Part shown: positions 62,689 to 64,000 of the stretch, piece after piece
Layout: each line of letters opens with the position of its first letter
Position numbering within the stretch: position 1 is the first letter of the stretch
Assembly: GCA_963772725.1 (NCBI GenBank)
Contig: CAVYYI010000002.1
Location: 288,001-352,000 of the forward strand
Direction: 5' to 3'
Length of the DNA: 64,000 bases
DNA from: an uncultured Phycisphaerales bacterium
GTDB lineage: Bacteria > Planctomycetota > Phycisphaerae > Sedimentisphaerales > Anaerobacaceae
The notes under the pieces: generated by a model
What the model was told of the DNA's origin: nothing
The model's input: only the letters and a program-made list of their open reading frames with translations
The model's database searches: none
Position numbers and translations under genes: made by a program

Positions 62689-63703
62689 TTACAGTTTTGC
62701 CAGCTTTTCCATAATGTCAACAGTGCGGTTCGAATAACCCCATTCGTTGTCATACCAGCTTATCAGTTTTACCATGTTGCCTTTGACCATCGTCAACAGC
62801 GAATCAAAAATGCTCGAAGCCGGATTATTAACAATGTCACTGCTGACTATCGGCTCGTTGCAGTATTCGAGAATACCCTTCAACGGGCCTTCGGCGGCCT
62901 TTTTCACGGCGGCGTTGACTTCCTCTACCGTTACCTGCTTTTTCAGTATTGCGACCAAATCAACAACACTGCCGACTGGAAGCGGAACACGAACAGCGAA
63001 ACCGTCCAGTTTGCCGTTCGAGGTCAGGAATGACCTTACCGATGGCCTTTGCGGCACCGGTGCTGGTGGGAATCATGTTCGCAGCGGCGGCTCGTGCGCG
63101 GCGAAGGTCCTTGTGAATCTGGTCGGCAACTCTCTGGTCATTGGTATAAGCGTGAATAGTGGTCATCAGGCCGCGTTCAATACCGAACGCATCATTGATA
63201 ACCTTTGCTAAAGGAGCCAGGCAGTTTGTCGTGCAGGATGCGTTGGATACACACTTGATATTCTTAGTCAGGGTCTTGTCGTTTACGCCCATAACTATTG
63301 TCGCATCGATGTTATCTTTTGCGGGTACGGTCAGAACAACCTTTTCAGCGCCGGCTTTGATGTGGTCGGCATAACCGCCCTTTGGCGATTCCGCTGATAC
63401 GAATATGCCGGTTGACTCCACAACAACCTTAACGCCCATAGCCTTCCAGGGCAGTTCCGCAGGATTCTTTACCGCCAGAACCTTGACGGTCTTGCCGTTA
63501 ATAATCAGCGCATCATCCTTTGCCTCTATGGTGCCGTTCCATCTGCCCATGACCGTATCGTATTTGAACAGGTGCGCCAGACTCTTTGCGTCAGACAAAT
63601 CGTTTATCGCAACCAGCTCCAGACCGCTGTTTCTCTGGAAAATAATTCTTGTTACAGCTCTGCCTATTCGACCGAACCCGTTAATCGCAACTTTTGTCGC
63701 CAT
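62689..63703 (-). CDS. gap: Glyceraldehyde-3-phosphate dehydrogenase (frameshift near 63020)
   Basis: [36 protein letters not shown]. Confidence 0.97.
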
Positions 63704-63770
63704 TCTACTTCTCCTTGTTTTTAGTATTATAAATAGGGTTTTTTAGTGTTTAAGAACACACGGGTTTATT

Positions 63771-63799
63771 ACTTTATTGACAAACCCCCCGGTTGTCAA
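63771..63799 (-). promoter_or_regulatory. Sigma70 promoter of gap with embedded palindrome
   Basis: Minus strand TTGACA-17-TAAAGT; TTGACAA-N9-TTGTCAA at 63777-63799. Confidence 0.6.
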
Positions 63800-63827
63800 G
63801 AACTTCTTACCGCCTTGCAAATATTTT

Positions 63828-63902
63828 AACCACAAATAAACACGAATAGACACAGATTAACGCGGTTTTTTTGACACGGATTCACACCGATTTACACTGT
63901 TT
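63828..63902 (+). repeat. Unpaired left-type ACAC(A/G)GATT repeats, same family as 54457-54521
   Basis: GACACAGATTAACGCGG and GACACGGATTCACACCGATTTACACTGTTT. Confidence 0.8.
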
Positions 63903-64000
63903 AAAAAAAATTATTATCAGCATATCGTAAGGTGAAATTTTGACCCCGCCCTACAAAACTGACTGTACGCTATAAATCCTGTTATCCTGAAATAATCTGT

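Overview
Bacterial chromosomal window, most likely from a Planctomycetota genome (Phycisphaerae-like; inferred from gene content). It carries mostly housekeeping genes: a type IV pilin/pseudopilin cluster, tsaE-thiL-argH-uup, lepB, HU-csp-HNH, lysC-apgM-hom, pyrE-purB, purA-uppS-cdsA-phoH-HD-ybeY-recO, ruvCAB, cysS-ispF-hisB-hisC and accD-rpe-pgk-gap. Many conserved genes are split by single-base frameshifts, best read as long-read assembly indels rather than pseudogenes. One IS630 element (TA target) interrupts a small membrane-protein gene that can be rebuilt in frame. The strongest unexplained signal is a family of short-period repeats (7-, 8- and 9-11-bp units, usually trimers). A 31-bp inverted pair of them (30/31 identical) brackets a GxxExxY nuclease-like gene plus a nuclease-like/DUF5655-like cargo gene inserted between ispF and cysS. 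Related repeats occur as an empty hairpin, as unpaired ends, and as a roughly 500-bp stack of different repeat types at 19376-19892. No rRNA, tRNA or CRISPR array was found. Family names come from motif recognition, not database searches.
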